The notes: generated by a model from the sequence alone, not told the origin. DNA of 64,000 nt from Candidatus Scybalocola faecavium (GCA_018713145.1 DVFP01000011.1:22606-86605); one strand, 5' to 3'; shown: positions 10,035 through 21,712, numbered from the stretch's first letter. Program-made: numbers and translations.

Positions 10035-12635
10035 TTATGCCTGAGCATTTTTCCGTATGCTGGCAGTCAGGCCATTGCCATCAGAATCAATAAGAATCAC
10101 ATCACCTGCACGGACTTCATCGCCTAAGATCATACGGCCGGCCAGAGTCTCCACATGCTTCTGAAGGAAACGCTTCAGAGGACGGGCGCCATATACAGGA
10201 TCATAGCCATGCTCTGTAATATAAACAGATGCTTTGTCTGTAAGTTCAATGGACAGCTCCCGGTTAGCAATACGCTTGTTCAGGTTGTCGATCATAATGT
10301 TGATAATATGATTGATATTATCCTTAGTCAACGGCTTAAACATAATGATCTCGTCCAGACGGTTCAAGAACTCCGGCCGGAAGTGGGCCCTTAAGTCGTT
10401 CATTACCATTTCCTGACTCTGATCGCTAATATCACCCTGATCGTCAATGCCATCCAGCAGGTAAGATGAACCAATGTTGGAGGTCATAATAAGGATCGTA
10501 TTCTTAAAGTCCACGGTACGGCCCTGGGAATCTGTGATACGGCCATCGTCCAATACCTGAAGCAGGACGTTAAATACATCCGGATGAGCTTTTTCGATCT
10601 CATCAAACAGGACAACACAATAAGGTTTGCGCCGTACAGCTTCAGTGAGCTGACCGCCTTCCTCATAGCCTACATATCCCGGAGGTGCTCCGATGAGTCT
10701 GGACACAGAAAACTTCTCCATGTACTCACTCATATCAATACGCACCATATTATTCTCGTCATCAAAAAGAGCCTCTGCCAGTGTCTTAGCCAGCTCTGTC
10801 TTACCTACACCGGTAGGCCCAAGGAACATAAAGGATCCGATAGGCTTTGTCTCGTCCTTAATGCCTGCCTTGGAACGGATAATGGCCTCTGTCACTTTAG
10901 TCACAGCCTCGTCCTGGCCGATAACCCGCTTATGGAGCACCTTATCCAGATTCAAAATCTTGTTCCGCTCACTTTCTGTAAGCTTCGTTACAGGAATACC
11001 GGTCCACCGGGACACGATCTTGGCGATCTCATCCTCTGTAACCTGTTCACGGACAAGTGTGTCTTCCCGGTCGTGGATCTTAGCCTCTTCCTCTTCCAGC
11101 TGTTTTTTCAGTTGAGGCAGACGGCCATACTGAAGCTCAGCCGCCTTATTCAGGTCATACTCTCTCTGAGCCTTCTCAATCTGTTTATTCAGATCTTCGA
11201 TCTCCTGGCGGATCGTCTGTACACCTTCCACAGCCTTCTTATCTTCATCCCATTTTGCCTTCTGGAGCTGGAAATCCTCACGGAGCTGGGCCAGCTCTTC
11301 CTGGATATGAGCCAGACGCTCCTGGCTTAAATGGTCATCCTCTTTCTTAAGGGCCGCCTCTTCGATCTCCAACTGCATGATCTTTCTCCGGACCTCATCC
11401 AGCTCTGTAGGCATAGAATCCAATTCTGTCTTAATCAGGGCACAGGCCTCATCTACCAGGTCAATAGCCTTATCCGGAAGGAAACGGTCGGAAATATAAC
11501 GGTTGGATAATACTGCAGCAGCTACCAGGGCACTGTCCGTAATCTTAACCCCGTGGAATACCTCATACCGCTCTTTCAATCCACGAAGGATGGAAATCGT
11601 ATCTTCCACGGTAGGCTCATCCACCATGACCGGCTGGAAACGCCGCTCCAAAGCTTTATCCTTTTCAATATACTGACGATACTCATCCAATGTCGTGGCG
11701 CCGATACAGTGGAGCTCACCTCTGGCAAGCATAGGTTTTAACATATTGCCAGCATCCATAGCCCCCTCTGTCTTGCCTGCGCCCACGATCAGATGAAGCT
11801 CATCTACAAACAGGATGATCTTGCCTTCGCTCTTGCGCACTTCCTCAAGGACGGCCTTCAGACGTTCCTCAAACTCGCCCCGGTACTTGGCGCCGGCCAC
11901 AAGGGCACCCATATCCAGTGAAAAGATCTGCTTATCTTTAAGTCCCTCAGGCACATCTCCCCGAACAATACGCTGGGCAAGACCTTCAATAACAGCGGTC
12001 TTACCAACACCAGGCTCACCGATGAGCACCGGGTTATTCTTTGTTTTACGGGAAAGGATTCGGATAATGTTTCGGATCTCACTGTCACGGCCGATGACCG
12101 GATCCAGCTTTTGATTTCTCGCTTTTTCCACCAGATTCTCACCGTACTTGGCCAGACTGTCGTAGGTATCCTCCGGATTATCCGTTGTCACCCGCTGATT
12201 GCCCCGCACACTGGATAAAGCCAGCAGGAAATTATCTCTTGTAATATTAAAGTTTTTAAACAGGGTCTTTAACTCTCTGTTTGGCACAGCCAGCAGGGCC
12301 AGGAAAAGATGCTCCACAGAAATGTACTCATCATCCATCTGCTTAGCTTCTGTCTCTGCCTGGATCAAAGCCCGGTTCAGAGCATCACTCATATATACCT
12401 GAACCTGACCGGATACCTTCACTCGCTTTGCCACAAGCTTTTCTGCCTGATTTACAAAGCCCTGGGTGTTAATATTCATCTTATTAATTAATTTTAAAAT
12501 AAGACTGTCATCCATCGTCAAAAGACTGTACAGCAAATGTTCCTGGTCAATCTCCTGATTGCCATACTCATATGCGATCTTCTGACAATTCTGAACAGCC
12601 TGCAATGATTTCTGGGTAAACTTATTCACATCCAT
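10035..12635 (-). CDS. clpB: ATP-dependent disaggregase ClpB
   Basis: Two AAA+ modules ([16 protein letters not shown]) with coiled-coil M domain; ATG 12635 after AAGGAGG. Confidence 0.97.
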   Translation of the reverse strand: MDVNKFTQKSLQAVQNCQKIAYEYGNQEIDQEHLLYSLLTMDDSLILKLINKMNINTQGFVNQAEKLVAKRVKVSGQVQVYMSDALNRALIQAETEAKQMDDEYISVEHLFLALLAVPNRELKTLFKNFNITRDNFLLALSSVRGNQRVTTDNPEDTYDSLAKYGENLVEKARNQKLDPVIGRDSEIRNIIRILSRKTKNNPVLIGEPGVGKTAVIEGLAQRIVRGDVPEGLKDKQIFSLDMGALVAGAKYRGEFEERLKAVLEEVRKSEGKIILFVDELHLIVGAGKTEGAMDAGNMLKPMLARGELHCIGATTLDEYRQYIEKDKALERRFQPVMVDEPTVEDTISILRGLKERYEVFHGVKITDSALVAAAVLSNRYISDRFLPDKAIDLVDEACALIKTELDSMPTELDEVRRKIMQLEIEEAALKKEDDHLSQERLAHIQEELAQLREDFQLQKAKWDEDKKAVEGVQTIRQEIEDLNKQIEKAQREYDLNKAAELQYGRLPQLKKQLEEEEAKIHDREDTLVREQVTEDEIAKIVSRWTGIPVTKLTESERNKILNLDKVLHKRVIGQDEAVTKVTEAIIRSKAGIKDETKPIGSFMFLGPTGVGKTELAKTLAEALFDDENNMVRIDMSEYMEKFSVSRLIGAPPGYVGYEEGGQLTEAVRRKPYCVVLFDEIEKAHPDVFNVLLQVLDDGRITDSQGRTVDFKNTILIMTSNIGSSYLLDGIDDQGDISDQSQEMVMNDLRAHFRPEFLNRLDEIIMFKPLTKDNINHIINIMIDNLNKRIANRELSIELTDKASVYITEHGYDPVYGARPLKRFLQKHVETLAGRMILGDEVRAGDVILIDSDGNGLTASIRKNAQA

Positions 12636-12757
12636 AAAGCTGCCTCCTTTTCTATCAGTTAAAGTCAGCCTTCTCTCTTCCAAAGATCTGTGACAATATG
12701 TTCACTGTCCCTGGGGAAGATCACAGCCAACTTGTATGTTACATTTGTTCTACATGT

Positions 12758-12786
12758 ACTATAACAGACTTTGAGGATAAATGCAA
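12758..12786 (-). promoter_or_regulatory. Sigma-A promoter of clpB (extended -10)
   Basis: TTGCAT-17-TATAGT with TG extension on minus strand. Confidence 0.6.
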
Positions 12787-13056
12787 TACCTTTTTTTAAA
12801 AAAAGTAAATATTTTCGTGTTTTAAAAAAAATAAATATTTTCTTCGATAAATCCGGATTTGTTTACAATGATACGATATATAACATATCGCCGCTTTACA
12901 GCTATTAAAATATAAACAAACGGCAGAAAATCTGAATATCTCCTGCCGTTTTCCTATTCATCCGGGCAGCTTTTCCCCCAGGGAAATGTCTGTCCGGTAT
13001 TTTCTTTTGTATCGGTCTGCTGTCCCGTCAGATCCGGCGGGACAGTGACCTGCCGC

Positions 13057-14655
13057 TTAAGATTCCTGTCCGTAATCCGCTGAACCAGGCTCCTGTAAGG
13101 TCGTGCGTTCACCCAGGTCCGGAAGATGATGGTCTGTTTCCAGCCATGGCTGATAAACGGTGGCTGCTCCCGGCTGTTCAATAGGCGTTGACATGATCTT
13201 ATTAAATTCATCCCAGATCAGCTGACGGGTCAGGGGAACACCATGTTTGCCGTTCATGGCATTTTGAGACGCCAGCTCATCCGTATAATCCCTGAATTTA
13301 TAAACCGTATAAACTCCTGTATTGTGATTATAGTGGGTGTATAAAGGCTCCAGGCCATAATCTACAAAGGATAGCTGTGCATTATCTCCTTCCCCTTTAA
13401 GCTGGATCGTAACCTCAGCCATGGCGCCGATCAGCCGTGGAAATTCATCCTGGGTGGAAATAAAATTCCCCATGGAATAATATACAAGCATCTGATGGCC
13501 ATCCTCGCCTGTAAGAAGGGAATAAGGCTCAAGGACATGGGGATGGGAGGCAATGGTAATATCCACTCCGTTATCCAGGAGGAACTCTACCCACTCCTTT
13601 GTCTCATCACTGGGTGTATAGGTATATTCTACGCCGCAGTGCAGGAAAAACACAACGCAATCACTGATCTCCTTGGCTTTTGCAATATCTGCCGCCACTT
13701 TGTCTTTATCCAGAATATCCACCAGATACGGCTGATCCTCAGGAAGCACAAAACCATTTAATCCATAGGTATAGTTCAGCATGGCAAAAGTAATGCCATT
13801 ACATTCCACAGTCTTGATCGTATCCTGATCCTCCTGGCTTTCATGGATCCCAAGCACAGTAATTTCCGGATGCTTTGTTTTCCAGAAATCCAGCGTATCC
13901 AGGATCCCCTGTACGTTCCGGTCAAAGGTATGATTCGTAGCATGGGTAACGACGTCAAATCCGGCATCTACCAGTGCGTCCCCAATCTCCACAGGGCCTG
14001 CAAAGCAGGGATAGCCTGAATAATCGTTCCGGTTATAGGTAAAGATCGTCTCCTGATTGACCACTGCCAGGTCCGCAGCGGAAATTTCGTCTTTTACATG
14101 CTCATAAAGATGGTCAAAATTATAAGTACCGTCAGACTGAAGCCCGGATTTAAAAATACCGGAATGGATCAGGTCATCTCCCACTGCCAGAAGCTTTACT
14201 GTCTTTAAGCTTTCAGCGCCTAAAGCTGCCTGACCTTCGCCGGTGCCTAAACCGGTTTCCCCTGTGCCGGCATCCTGACCTTCTGTCAGACCTTCCGATG
14301 TATCTGAAGTCAGCAATGATCCGCTTTCTCCGCCGCCGGATTGTAACGACTCCCCGGTTTCCTGCACCATCGCCTGCCTTATACCGCCGTCCTGATCCGG
14401 TCCCATGGTGGCCGCCTTTACCGGGCCTACAATACAGCCAAGGAGCATTCCCAGAACAATAAACGCTCCGAAACGAAGCCATTTTCCCCGGCTGCTGTGT
14501 TCAAAAAATACTGACTTTCCGGTACGTGAATGGTTTGATTTCCTTGACGGGTCTGACCAATGGGGGCCTGCATCCCTGTCTTTTAAGTATCTGCGATCCC
14601 GTGTTCCGGGACCTTCTTTACCCTGTCCGGGTCTCTTTTCATTCATAACTATCAC
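13057..14655 (-). CDS. CapA-family (PGA_cap) metallophosphoesterase, membrane anchored
   Basis: AVGDDLIH, VNQET, HATNHTFD, FLHCGVEY, ASHPHVLEP, YSMGNFIS; TM near N-terminus. Confidence 0.9.
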   Translation of the reverse strand: MIVMNEKRPGQGKEGPGTRDRRYLKDRDAGPHWSDPSRKSNHSRTGKSVFFEHSSRGKWLRFGAFIVLGMLLGCIVGPVKAATMGPDQDGGIRQAMVQETGESLQSGGGESGSLLTSDTSEGLTEGQDAGTGETGLGTGEGQAALGAESLKTVKLLAVGDDLIHSGIFKSGLQSDGTYNFDHLYEHVKDEISAADLAVVNQETIFTYNRNDYSGYPCFAGPVEIGDALVDAGFDVVTHATNHTFDRNVQGILDTLDFWKTKHPEITVLGIHESQEDQDTIKTVECNGITFAMLNYTYGLNGFVLPEDQPYLVDILDKDKVAADIAKAKEISDCVVFFLHCGVEYTYTPSDETKEWVEFLLDNGVDITIASHPHVLEPYSLLTGEDGHQMLVYYSMGNFISTQDEFPRLIGAMAEVTIQLKGEGDNAQLSFVDYGLEPLYTHYNHNTGVYTVYKFRDYTDELASQNAMNGKHGVPLTRQLIWDEFNKIMSTPIEQPGAATVYQPWLETDHHLPDLGERTTLQEPGSADYGQES

Positions 14656-14960
14656 CTCATTTGTATACCATACAGTCCATTTTCCGGGAACAGAAAATAT
14701 AAACTGTATTCATCTTCATTCGTCTTGTATCCCTGTCTTTGATTATAAAGAATCTATCCTCTATTGTCGAGCCAAATTTACATATTTTTATCATAATGAT
14801 CCAGCTACAGGCCATATCAGCGGCCATAATCTCCGCAGAGGGCCCGGGGGACAGGATGACATGGCTGAATCCTTGTTTCCCCGCCAATAGAACCTTGCTT
14901 TTTCCATAAAATCGCTGTAGAATAAAATTTATACTCAGCCATTGAAAGAGGGAGAAAAAC

Positions 14961-16427
14961 ATGAGCAGATACAATCTGACCCTACTTACGGACCTGTATG
15001 AACTGACCATGATGCAGGGCTATTTTGAGAATCAGACCAATGAAACCGTTGTGTTTGATGTTTTCTACCGCACCAATCCCAGCGGAGGTGCTTATGCTAT
15101 TACTGCTGGTCTTGAACAGGTCATCGACTATATTAAAGACCTCCATTTTGACACAGAAGATATACAATACTTACGCGACACAGGATTTTTCCATGAAGAC
15201 TTTTTAAACTATCTGTCCGGCTTCCGTTTTTCAGGAGATATTTATGCCATTCCCGAAGGCACTGTTGTATTTCCCAAGGAGCCGCTCTTAAAGGTAGTTG
15301 CCCCTATTATTGAGGCTCAGCTCATTGAAACAGCCCTTTTAAATATTATCAATCATCAAAGCTTAATTGCCACAAAGGCCTCCCGGGTAGTTTACGCTGC
15401 CGGCGGCGGTGTTATGGAATTCGGCCTGCGCCGGGCCCAGGGACCGGATGCCGGGACCTACGGGGCCAGAGCGGCGGTAATTGCCGGATGTGTAGGCACT
15501 TCTAACGTCCTTGCCGGAAAAATGTTTAATATTCCTATTAAAGGCACCCATGCCCACAGCTGGATCATGAGCTTTAAAACCGAACTGGAAGCCTTCCGGG
15601 CCTATGCACGGCTTTACCCGGATAACTGTCTCCTCTTGGTAGATACTTATGAAACATTAAAGTCCGGTGTTCCTCACGCCATCCAGGTGTTTAGCGAAAT
15701 GCGGGATGCCGGCCTTCCAAAGCCAAAGCTTTACGGCATCCGTTTAGACAGCGGCGACTTGGCCTATCTGTCTAAAAAAGCCAGAAAAATGCTGGATGCC
15801 GCCGGATTTACAGACGCGGTGATCTCTGCTTCCAGCGATCTGGATGAATACTTGATCGAAAGCCTGAAAAGCCAGGGCGCTCAGATCACATCCTGGGGCG
15901 TTGGCACCAACCTGATCACATCCAAAGACTGCCCTGCCTTTGGCGGCGTGTACAAGCTGGCTGCAGTCCAGGGGCCTGACGGCAGCTTTATTCCGAAGAT
16001 CAAAGTATCTGAAAATATTGAAAAAGTAACGGATCCGGGAAATAAAGTCATCTTCCGTCTCTATGACAGAGAAACAGGCAAGATCCGCGGAGATCTTATC
16101 GCCCTTGACGGAGAAACGTATGACTCCAGGGATGATCTTATGATCTTTGATCCTATTGCCACATGGAAGCGCACATACTTAGACGGAGGCACCTATACAG
16201 TCCGCCAGCTCCTTGTGCCTGTTTTTGTCAAGGGCCAGTGCGTCTACACCTCCCCCTCGGTTATGGAGATCCAGGCTTATTGCCGGAAAGAGCTGGACAC
16301 CTTATGGGATGAATCCCGCCGTCTTGCTAACCCTCAGACCGTTTATGTAGACCTGTCCCGGCCATTGTGGGAGCTTAAAAACCATCTTCTGGATAATATC
16401 CATAACTTCCGGGATAAAAAGGGCTGA
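14961..16427 (+). CDS. pncB: Nicotinate phosphoribosyltransferase
   Basis: LLTDLYELTM, EFGLRRAQG, GTHAHSW, LVDTY, GIRLDSGDL, GGVYKL. Confidence 0.95.
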   Translation: MSRYNLTLLTDLYELTMMQGYFENQTNETVVFDVFYRTNPSGGAYAITAGLEQVIDYIKDLHFDTEDIQYLRDTGFFHEDFLNYLSGFRFSGDIYAIPEGTVVFPKEPLLKVVAPIIEAQLIETALLNIINHQSLIATKASRVVYAAGGGVMEFGLRRAQGPDAGTYGARAAVIAGCVGTSNVLAGKMFNIPIKGTHAHSWIMSFKTELEAFRAYARLYPDNCLLLVDTYETLKSGVPHAIQVFSEMRDAGLPKPKLYGIRLDSGDLAYLSKKARKMLDAAGFTDAVISASSDLDEYLIESLKSQGAQITSWGVGTNLITSKDCPAFGGVYKLAAVQGPDGSFIPKIKVSENIEKVTDPGNKVIFRLYDRETGKIRGDLIALDGETYDSRDDLMIFDPIATWKRTYLDGGTYTVRQLLVPVFVKGQCVYTSPSVMEIQAYCRKELDTLWDESRRLANPQTVYVDLSRPLWELKNHLLDNIHNFRDKKG

Positions 16428-16458
16428 TCTGTCAGTCATCCCACAGCTTTTATAACCA

Positions 16459-16509
16459 TAAAAGGTGCAAAAGCAGTCTTATAAAAGCTCTGCTCCTGCA
16501 CCTTTTTTA
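16459..16509. terminator. Bidirectional terminator
   Basis: AAAAGGTGCA...TGCACCTTTTTT between convergent genes. Confidence 0.7.
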
Positions 16510-16553
16510 TATGCCTATAAAGCCTGTTTCATAATGCCTGGATTGTACGGCCA

Positions 16554-17096
16554 TTATTTAATCAGCCGTGAAATCTCCTTAAATACCGGACTTCCCGCCT
16601 TCCGTGTCAGCTCAAACAATATGGATTCTGTCGTTGTGAGAAGGATCCCCTCACTTTGAGCCCGCATCAAGGCTACTTCCTTATCAGAAGCCTTGCGGGA
16701 ACTGATGCAGTCTGTGACCAGCACCGGTGTATACCCCGCTGCCTTCAGATCAATACATGTCTGGAGCACACAAATATGGGCTTCTATACCGCAAACGATC
16801 ACCGTTTTCTTACCAAGCGCTTCCATCTTGCTGCGCACTGCCTCATCCTCGAAACAGCTAAAAGTAATCTTGTCAAAGTATTCACTGATGCCTGCTGCCT
16901 CAGTAATCGAAGGAATGGTCATGCCAATACCCTTTGTGTACTGCTGGGTCATGACCATAGGAACGCCTAAAGTCCTTAAACCTTTTAACAAAGTACAGCT
17001 TTTCTTTTCCAGTTCATCATGTTCATAAATCACCGGCATCAGCCGTTCCTGATAATCAACGATCAATGCCATCGTATCTTCAAGTAATAAACGCAT
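16554..17096 (-). CDS. Isochorismatase-family cysteine hydrolase (YcaC/ISOC-like)
   Basis: VDYQERL, TQQYTKG, KITFSC, GIEAHICVLQT. Confidence 0.88.
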   Translation of the reverse strand: MRLLLEDTMALIVDYQERLMPVIYEHDELEKKSCTLLKGLRTLGVPMVMTQQYTKGIGMTIPSITEAAGISEYFDKITFSCFEDEAVRSKMEALGKKTVIVCGIEAHICVLQTCIDLKAAGYTPVLVTDCISSRKASDKEVALMRAQSEGILLTTTESILFELTRKAGSPVFKEISRLIK

Positions 17097-17231
17097 ATTA
17101 AAACCTCCTGTATGTTATCCGGTCTGATCCGACCAAACTTATAAATACAGTATACCTGATAAACGGGAATGTTGGCAATGATAGAAATGCGTAACCATTC
17201 CAACAAACCGGCTCCAGCCAAAATCCGTTTT

Positions 17232-17972
17232 TTAAAACCAGCAGCACATACATAAAAGCTGGGCTGCGCAAAAACATCCGCACATTTTATTCAGGTTCAT
17301 GGCATACTGCTGGAACTCCCGGCCCTGCTGCTCATAGGCAGAAGCACTTCCCTGAAATGTCTGCAGTGTCTGGCGGTAAAGGACATTTCCCGGATCCTTT
17401 TCAATGGCTTTTCGGATCTGTTCCATCGCCATAAGCTGATTTCCACGGCCGAAATTAGCTAATGCGCTAAGATAGTACCACCGGGCGTCCCGCTGATCGC
17501 TCAGGATGGTATTTAATGTTTCGGTGGCACGGGCGTACTCTCCGATATTGATCAAATCTACCGCCTGACGTATATCGGCGCTGTCCCCCGGGTCACTGGC
17601 AGCTTTGGGCGCCTGGTACGTTCTGCGCCCAAAGCCAAAGAAATCTTCAAAATCAAAATCTCCAAAGCCGCCATATCCGCCATCTGACCGGTTCCCATAA
17701 GATCCTGTTCCATAAGGTCCGTAATACCTCCCCTGACTGCTGCCATACGGATCACTTTGGCGCTGATAGGACTGCTGCCTTTTCTCATATTTTTCCGGAT
17801 TATTCAGCATATCATAGGCTTCATTGATCTCATTCATCTTTTCAGCCGCCTGAGGATCATCCGGATGAAGGTCCGGGTGATACTCCTTGGCCTTTTGCCG
17901 GTACGCCTTTTTTATTTCATCCTTTGTTGCATCCCTGGAAACTCCAAGGACCTTATACGGATCGTCTACCAT
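17232..17972 (-). CDS. J-domain protein with G/Y/F-rich linker, TPR and Cys-rich tail
   Basis: DPYKVLGV...YHPD, TPR-like WYYLSALA...AIEKDPGN, C-terminal CGCFC....CMCC. Confidence 0.88.
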   Translation of the reverse strand: MVDDPYKVLGVSRDATKDEIKKAYRQKAKEYHPDLHPDDPQAAEKMNEINEAYDMLNNPEKYEKRQQSYQRQSDPYGSSQGRYYGPYGTGSYGNRSDGGYGGFGDFDFEDFFGFGRRTYQAPKAASDPGDSADIRQAVDLINIGEYARATETLNTILSDQRDARWYYLSALANFGRGNQLMAMEQIRKAIEKDPGNVLYRQTLQTFQGSASAYEQQGREFQQYAMNLNKMCGCFCAAQLLCMCCWF

Positions 17973-18789
17973 GCTCCTGCTCCTTTCCGCCGTATTTTCT
18001 TAAATATTCCTGCCACACTCCTGCATATAAAATATTTCTCAGCAAATGAATATCCTGGACCAAAGGAAGCTTTTCAAAGATCCGGGTCACGTTCCCAATA
18101 GACATTTCCAATATTTCCGCCATATCTTCCGGTTGTTTGTGCATACGGACCAGAGGATTATAACACTTCTTTTTCAAATCCTCTTTATAGTCCATCGCTG
18201 CATCCATAAGGTAAATAAACCGTCCAAGCTCATAACCAAGGCTCCTGAGACTGTTGCTCCAAAAATCCTCCTCATAAACAAACAGCTCAGACATCATCTT
18301 CCCTGAACAATTGACCGCATCGTCCGGCTGCGGACAAAAAGACTTTTCTACCTTGTTTAATGCGTCTATTCCTTCCCAAATGGCCTGACACTGACGCGGA
18401 TACTTTTCATTTGCCTTTTCATACCAGGGCTTCAGTGCATCGGCATACCAGCGCATTAAATGCTTTTTCTCATCCTGCCAGTCATCCAGACACTTATAAT
18501 AAGTCAGCACAACGGTCATATCGGCCGCATATTCTGTATATTTGTTTCGGACTTCCATTTTGGGGCGAAACCGGTTGATTCCGCATCGAAATTCTGACGC
18601 TGTCTCTTCCGGCTCGTAAAGAGATGACAAAAACAGTATGAGAAAGGTCATATCATAGCTTAAACTAAGTCTTTCGATCTGTCCGAAAGACTTTTTCAAA
18701 GTATTGCACAGACCGCAGTACACACTTTGATAGCGCTGGATTTCCTCCGGACTGAGTCCGGCTTTATTACAATTTATATATCCATACAT
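17953..18789 (-). CDS. DUF5685-type hypothetical protein, overlapping the J-domain gene
   Basis: MYGY...YCGLC...LSYDMTFL...DDWQDE...[10 protein letters not shown]; ATG 18789 after AGGAG. Confidence 0.75.
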   Translation of the reverse strand: MYGYINCNKAGLSPEEIQRYQSVYCGLCNTLKKSFGQIERLSLSYDMTFLILFLSSLYEPEETASEFRCGINRFRPKMEVRNKYTEYAADMTVVLTYYKCLDDWQDEKKHLMRWYADALKPWYEKANEKYPRQCQAIWEGIDALNKVEKSFCPQPDDAVNCSGKMMSELFVYEEDFWSNSLRSLGYELGRFIYLMDAAMDYKEDLKKKCYNPLVRMHKQPEDMAEILEMSIGNVTRIFEKLPLVQDIHLLRNILYAGVWQEYLRKYGGKEQEHGRRSV

Positions 18790-19117
18790 CTGATCACTTC
18801 TCCTGTATTTTATAGGCTCCAAACCAACTTCATCCTAACACATCCCCTGCCTTTGTCAATGGATTTTATACTTTCTTAATTTTAAAATAATTTCCAGGAA
18901 AGATTTTACCCAAATTCCCGGAAATAAATTTCCCGGTGCCTTACATTTTCCCAAAATCCCGGAGCAAAAACAAATGAAAAAAGACGACCCAGTGTGTGAC
19001 CAGAGTGTAAAAAATCTCTGTTTTACTGAATCGCCTTTTTTCGTCAGGCAGGAAAAATTATTTTTTTAATTATATTTTTTTCTTTCCCGGTTTTTTTACA
19101 TAAAATCTTTTTTTGCA

Positions 19118-19981
19118 TCATGAGTTTTTCGCAGCAGCTTCAAATCCGTAGGTCGCTTCCCCTTCCGGCCAGGAGCCTGTGATCTCATAAATATATCCCG
19201 GTTCTGCCATAAAAGCCAGCCCGTCCTCAAGCTCCTCCACCGGAACAGACTCTCCTTCCGGAACAGAGTCCTTGCTCGCTTCTCTCTGTCCCACTTCCCA
19301 GCGTGACACCACGATCTGTTCCGGCGGATAAGCAGATACAACCGTCATCTGAGTTTCACCTTCCAGCTCAAACTGGATCAGCCCCTCACTTTGAAGGACA
19401 TGGGCAGTGTCCGCAATAACGACCTGGGACTCTCCATTTTCATCGGTAAATTCCCATGTGTATCCAAACTGGTCACAAATGGCTGTAACTACAGCATCAG
19501 TCTGCCGATAGCTTAAAGATAATTCAGGGGGCTGGGAGGTATCCGGATCCGGTAAAAACTGGTCCACCATTTCCTGATACTTTTCTATATACTCCTGATT
19601 TTCCTTTTCCACCCGAACAAGCTTTGTGATTCCCGGATACTGTCCCGGATAAGATTCCAGCATGATCCCGTTTCCGTAAACATCCACCACATCCCCGTTA
19701 TTAAGATCATCTTCCGAAATAGCATTGCCGTCCTCATCAAGGATTTCATCCGGGATGTTTCCCGTAAATGGACTGTCCTGCTCAATGGATACAAACAGCA
19801 CGCCATTGTCATTTTTTAAATAGACTGCTCTCAGGGCATCCTGGGCCTGGGTTTCCTCAGCTTCCTGACTATCCTGGCTGTCCTGGGTCTGAGCACTGCT
19901 TTGAGCTGTAGTGTCATTTCCGCAGCCAGCGGCGCAAAGAGCAAGACCAAGGCTCAAAAGCGCTATAAACTTTTTCAACAT
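19118..19981 (-). CDS. Putative lipoprotein
   Basis: Signal peptide with lipobox-like AAGC, Ser/Gln linker, IMLESYPGQ motif. Confidence 0.8.
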   Translation of the reverse strand: MLKKFIALLSLGLALCAAGCGNDTTAQSSAQTQDSQDSQEAEETQAQDALRAVYLKNDNGVLFVSIEQDSPFTGNIPDEILDEDGNAISEDDLNNGDVVDVYGNGIMLESYPGQYPGITKLVRVEKENQEYIEKYQEMVDQFLPDPDTSQPPELSLSYRQTDAVVTAICDQFGYTWEFTDENGESQVVIADTAHVLQSEGLIQFELEGETQMTVVSAYPPEQIVVSRWEVGQREASKDSVPEGESVPVEELEDGLAFMAEPGYIYEITGSWPEGEATYGFEAAAKNS

Positions 19982-20260
19982 TTATCACATTCCTCCTTCT
20001 TTTATGGGTGATCCGGGGGCTTACAGAAAATCCCTTAAGGATTCCTGCATCCGTTACTCATAGTTTTCCTTATTTTTCAAAGATTATCCCCCAGGCCCAT
20101 CATAACATACACGATTGCTGCTGTCCAGACAGTAGTAAAGTCCGTAACTATTCTGCCAGAGAACTGTGAAAAAGAGGAGGCAACATGCTCCGATTCTCAC
20201 AGTCCTTCTCATTATCAACCGTTTCTTACACTAATTTACTCAACCGCTCCAACTTGTTTT

Positions 20261-20881
20261 TTAACTTAATATCATAATCTTTTGCCAGTTTCCGAATCCA
20301 TATGGTGTCCTCTTTCCTATAGGGTTCTTTAAAAAACGTCTTATGAATTTTGATAATTGACTTCGAAATGTCCAATTCAGTTCTGAGGCCGTATTTACCG
20401 CATCAAAATCTTTTACCGTTTGGTTCTCATCAGATATTCCCATCAAGTATCTTAAAATCAGCACATCAGCAAAAGTAAACGGCATAATATCATCTTCAAA
20501 TTGAAGAAGTGACATATACGGGCCGCCCTGCTTTGTATCATCTGTCACAATCGAATATGCTCCCAATGTCTGAGCCAAAGAGATTGCGTACACCTCGCCT
20601 AAATCCCCGGTTCCATATAAATATCTGTTCTCCCTGACATTATTTTCAAATATTTTATAGACAGCCTGCTCTTTAAGTTTCTGGTCTGAGTATATTTCTA
20701 TCCTTCCGGAAATAATATCAGCATCAACCTTTTCCAACACATCCTTCCCATGGTGATCAAGCTCCACTTTCCGAATCTGCTCATATATAAAAACGCCTTC
20801 ATCAAAAAGATCAAATAGTATATTTTGAATTCCTGCCCTGTAAAGATGTATGATTACGTTTGTGTCCAAAGAGGCTCTCAA
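20261..20881 (-). CDS. PIN-domain protein (putative toxin), C-terminus possibly frameshifted
   Basis: SLDTNVII, DLGEVYAISLA, IVTDD acidic PIN residues; 4-bp overlap with upstream peptidase; AT-rich. Confidence 0.8.
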   Translation of the reverse strand: MRASLDTNVIIHLYRAGIQNILFDLFDEGVFIYEQIRKVELDHHGKDVLEKVDADIISGRIEIYSDQKLKEQAVYKIFENNVRENRYLYGTGDLGEVYAISLAQTLGAYSIVTDDTKQGGPYMSLLQFEDDIMPFTFADVLILRYLMGISDENQTVKDFDAVNTASELNWTFRSQLSKFIRRFLKNPIGKRTPYGFGNWQKIMILS

Positions 20882-21696
20882 TCTTCCAAACCTCCTATTA
20901 ATTCATCCAAATCATCAGCAGTTTCCGAAAAAGTCACCAATCGATCGCTTATATCCTCTATATTAAGTTGATAGCAGTCCAACACCTTCTCCAAAGTTTC
21001 TTTAGGAATTGCATTATGATTATAATTATATATCACATAATCTATATATTCATGGGGAATATCTATCTCATTGCCAGCAATGTTCAATCTTGCATTACCG
21101 CCAATGCTTCGAAGCAGATTCCCAACCCGTTTTTCAGCCTTTTCAGTTTCCAGACATACTTTTTGCCTGCTATCAATCTTTCCTAAAGACTCAAGCCGAT
21201 TTAGTGCCACATCATAGCTGACATTAAACTCAGACATCATTCGCGCTATATCCATACCGGATAACCCGCTTTTCTCAAAATCCGGCAGTTCCAAATCAAT
21301 AAATCGTTCAATCTCGTCCGAAGGCATCAACAAACAAGCAGCAAAATAGTTTGCTTCCTTCTCTTTTTCATCATCACTCTGCCCAGCAATTGTAGCATGA
21401 TTATCAATAAAAGATTGCTCCCCATTGAGATGGAGTACAATATGCCCTATTTCGTGCGCTAAAGTAAATATTTCTCTGGAAAGTCTACTGCTCGTATTAA
21501 TAAAAATAATAATATCATTATCTCTTTTGAGAGTAAAACCAAGATCAGAATTCTCGCCCAGAGGATACCTGATCAATTTATACTCCATACGTTCACATTC
21601 TTTAAACAAGTTTACAATCCCATACCGACTGATCTTACATTTTTCACGGAAGAAATCTGCTTGCCTGCGTATTTCCCTTTTCCTGCTATTAACCAT
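20878..21696 (-). CDS. ImmA/IrrE-family zinc metallopeptidase
   Basis: FTLAHEIGH and EKEANYFAACLLMP. Confidence 0.92.
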   Translation of the reverse strand: MVNSRKREIRRQADFFREKCKISRYGIVNLFKECERMEYKLIRYPLGENSDLGFTLKRDNDIIIFINTSSRLSREIFTLAHEIGHIVLHLNGEQSFIDNHATIAGQSDDEKEKEANYFAACLLMPSDEIERFIDLELPDFEKSGLSGMDIARMMSEFNVSYDVALNRLESLGKIDSRQKVCLETEKAEKRVGNLLRSIGGNARLNIAGNEIDIPHEYIDYVIYNYNHNAIPKETLEKVLDCYQLNIEDISDRLVTFSETADDLDELIGGLED

Positions 21697-21712
21697 AAAA
21701 CCCCTCCTTATG

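Noticed and set aside
12636-12960. CIRCE or CtsR operator for clpB
   Set aside because: No TTAGCACTC-N9-GAGTGCTAA; the CtsR-like pair is too degenerate to call
16554-17096. Nicotinamidase PncA partner of pncB
   Set aside because: Convergent rather than co-transcribed; motifs are YcaC/ISOC-like and lack the PncA metal-binding D-x-H...H pattern
18890-18965. Repeated CCCAAA(T/A)TCCCGG motifs in an intergenic region
   Set aside because: Only two loose copies in low-complexity sequence; not enough to call a regulatory site
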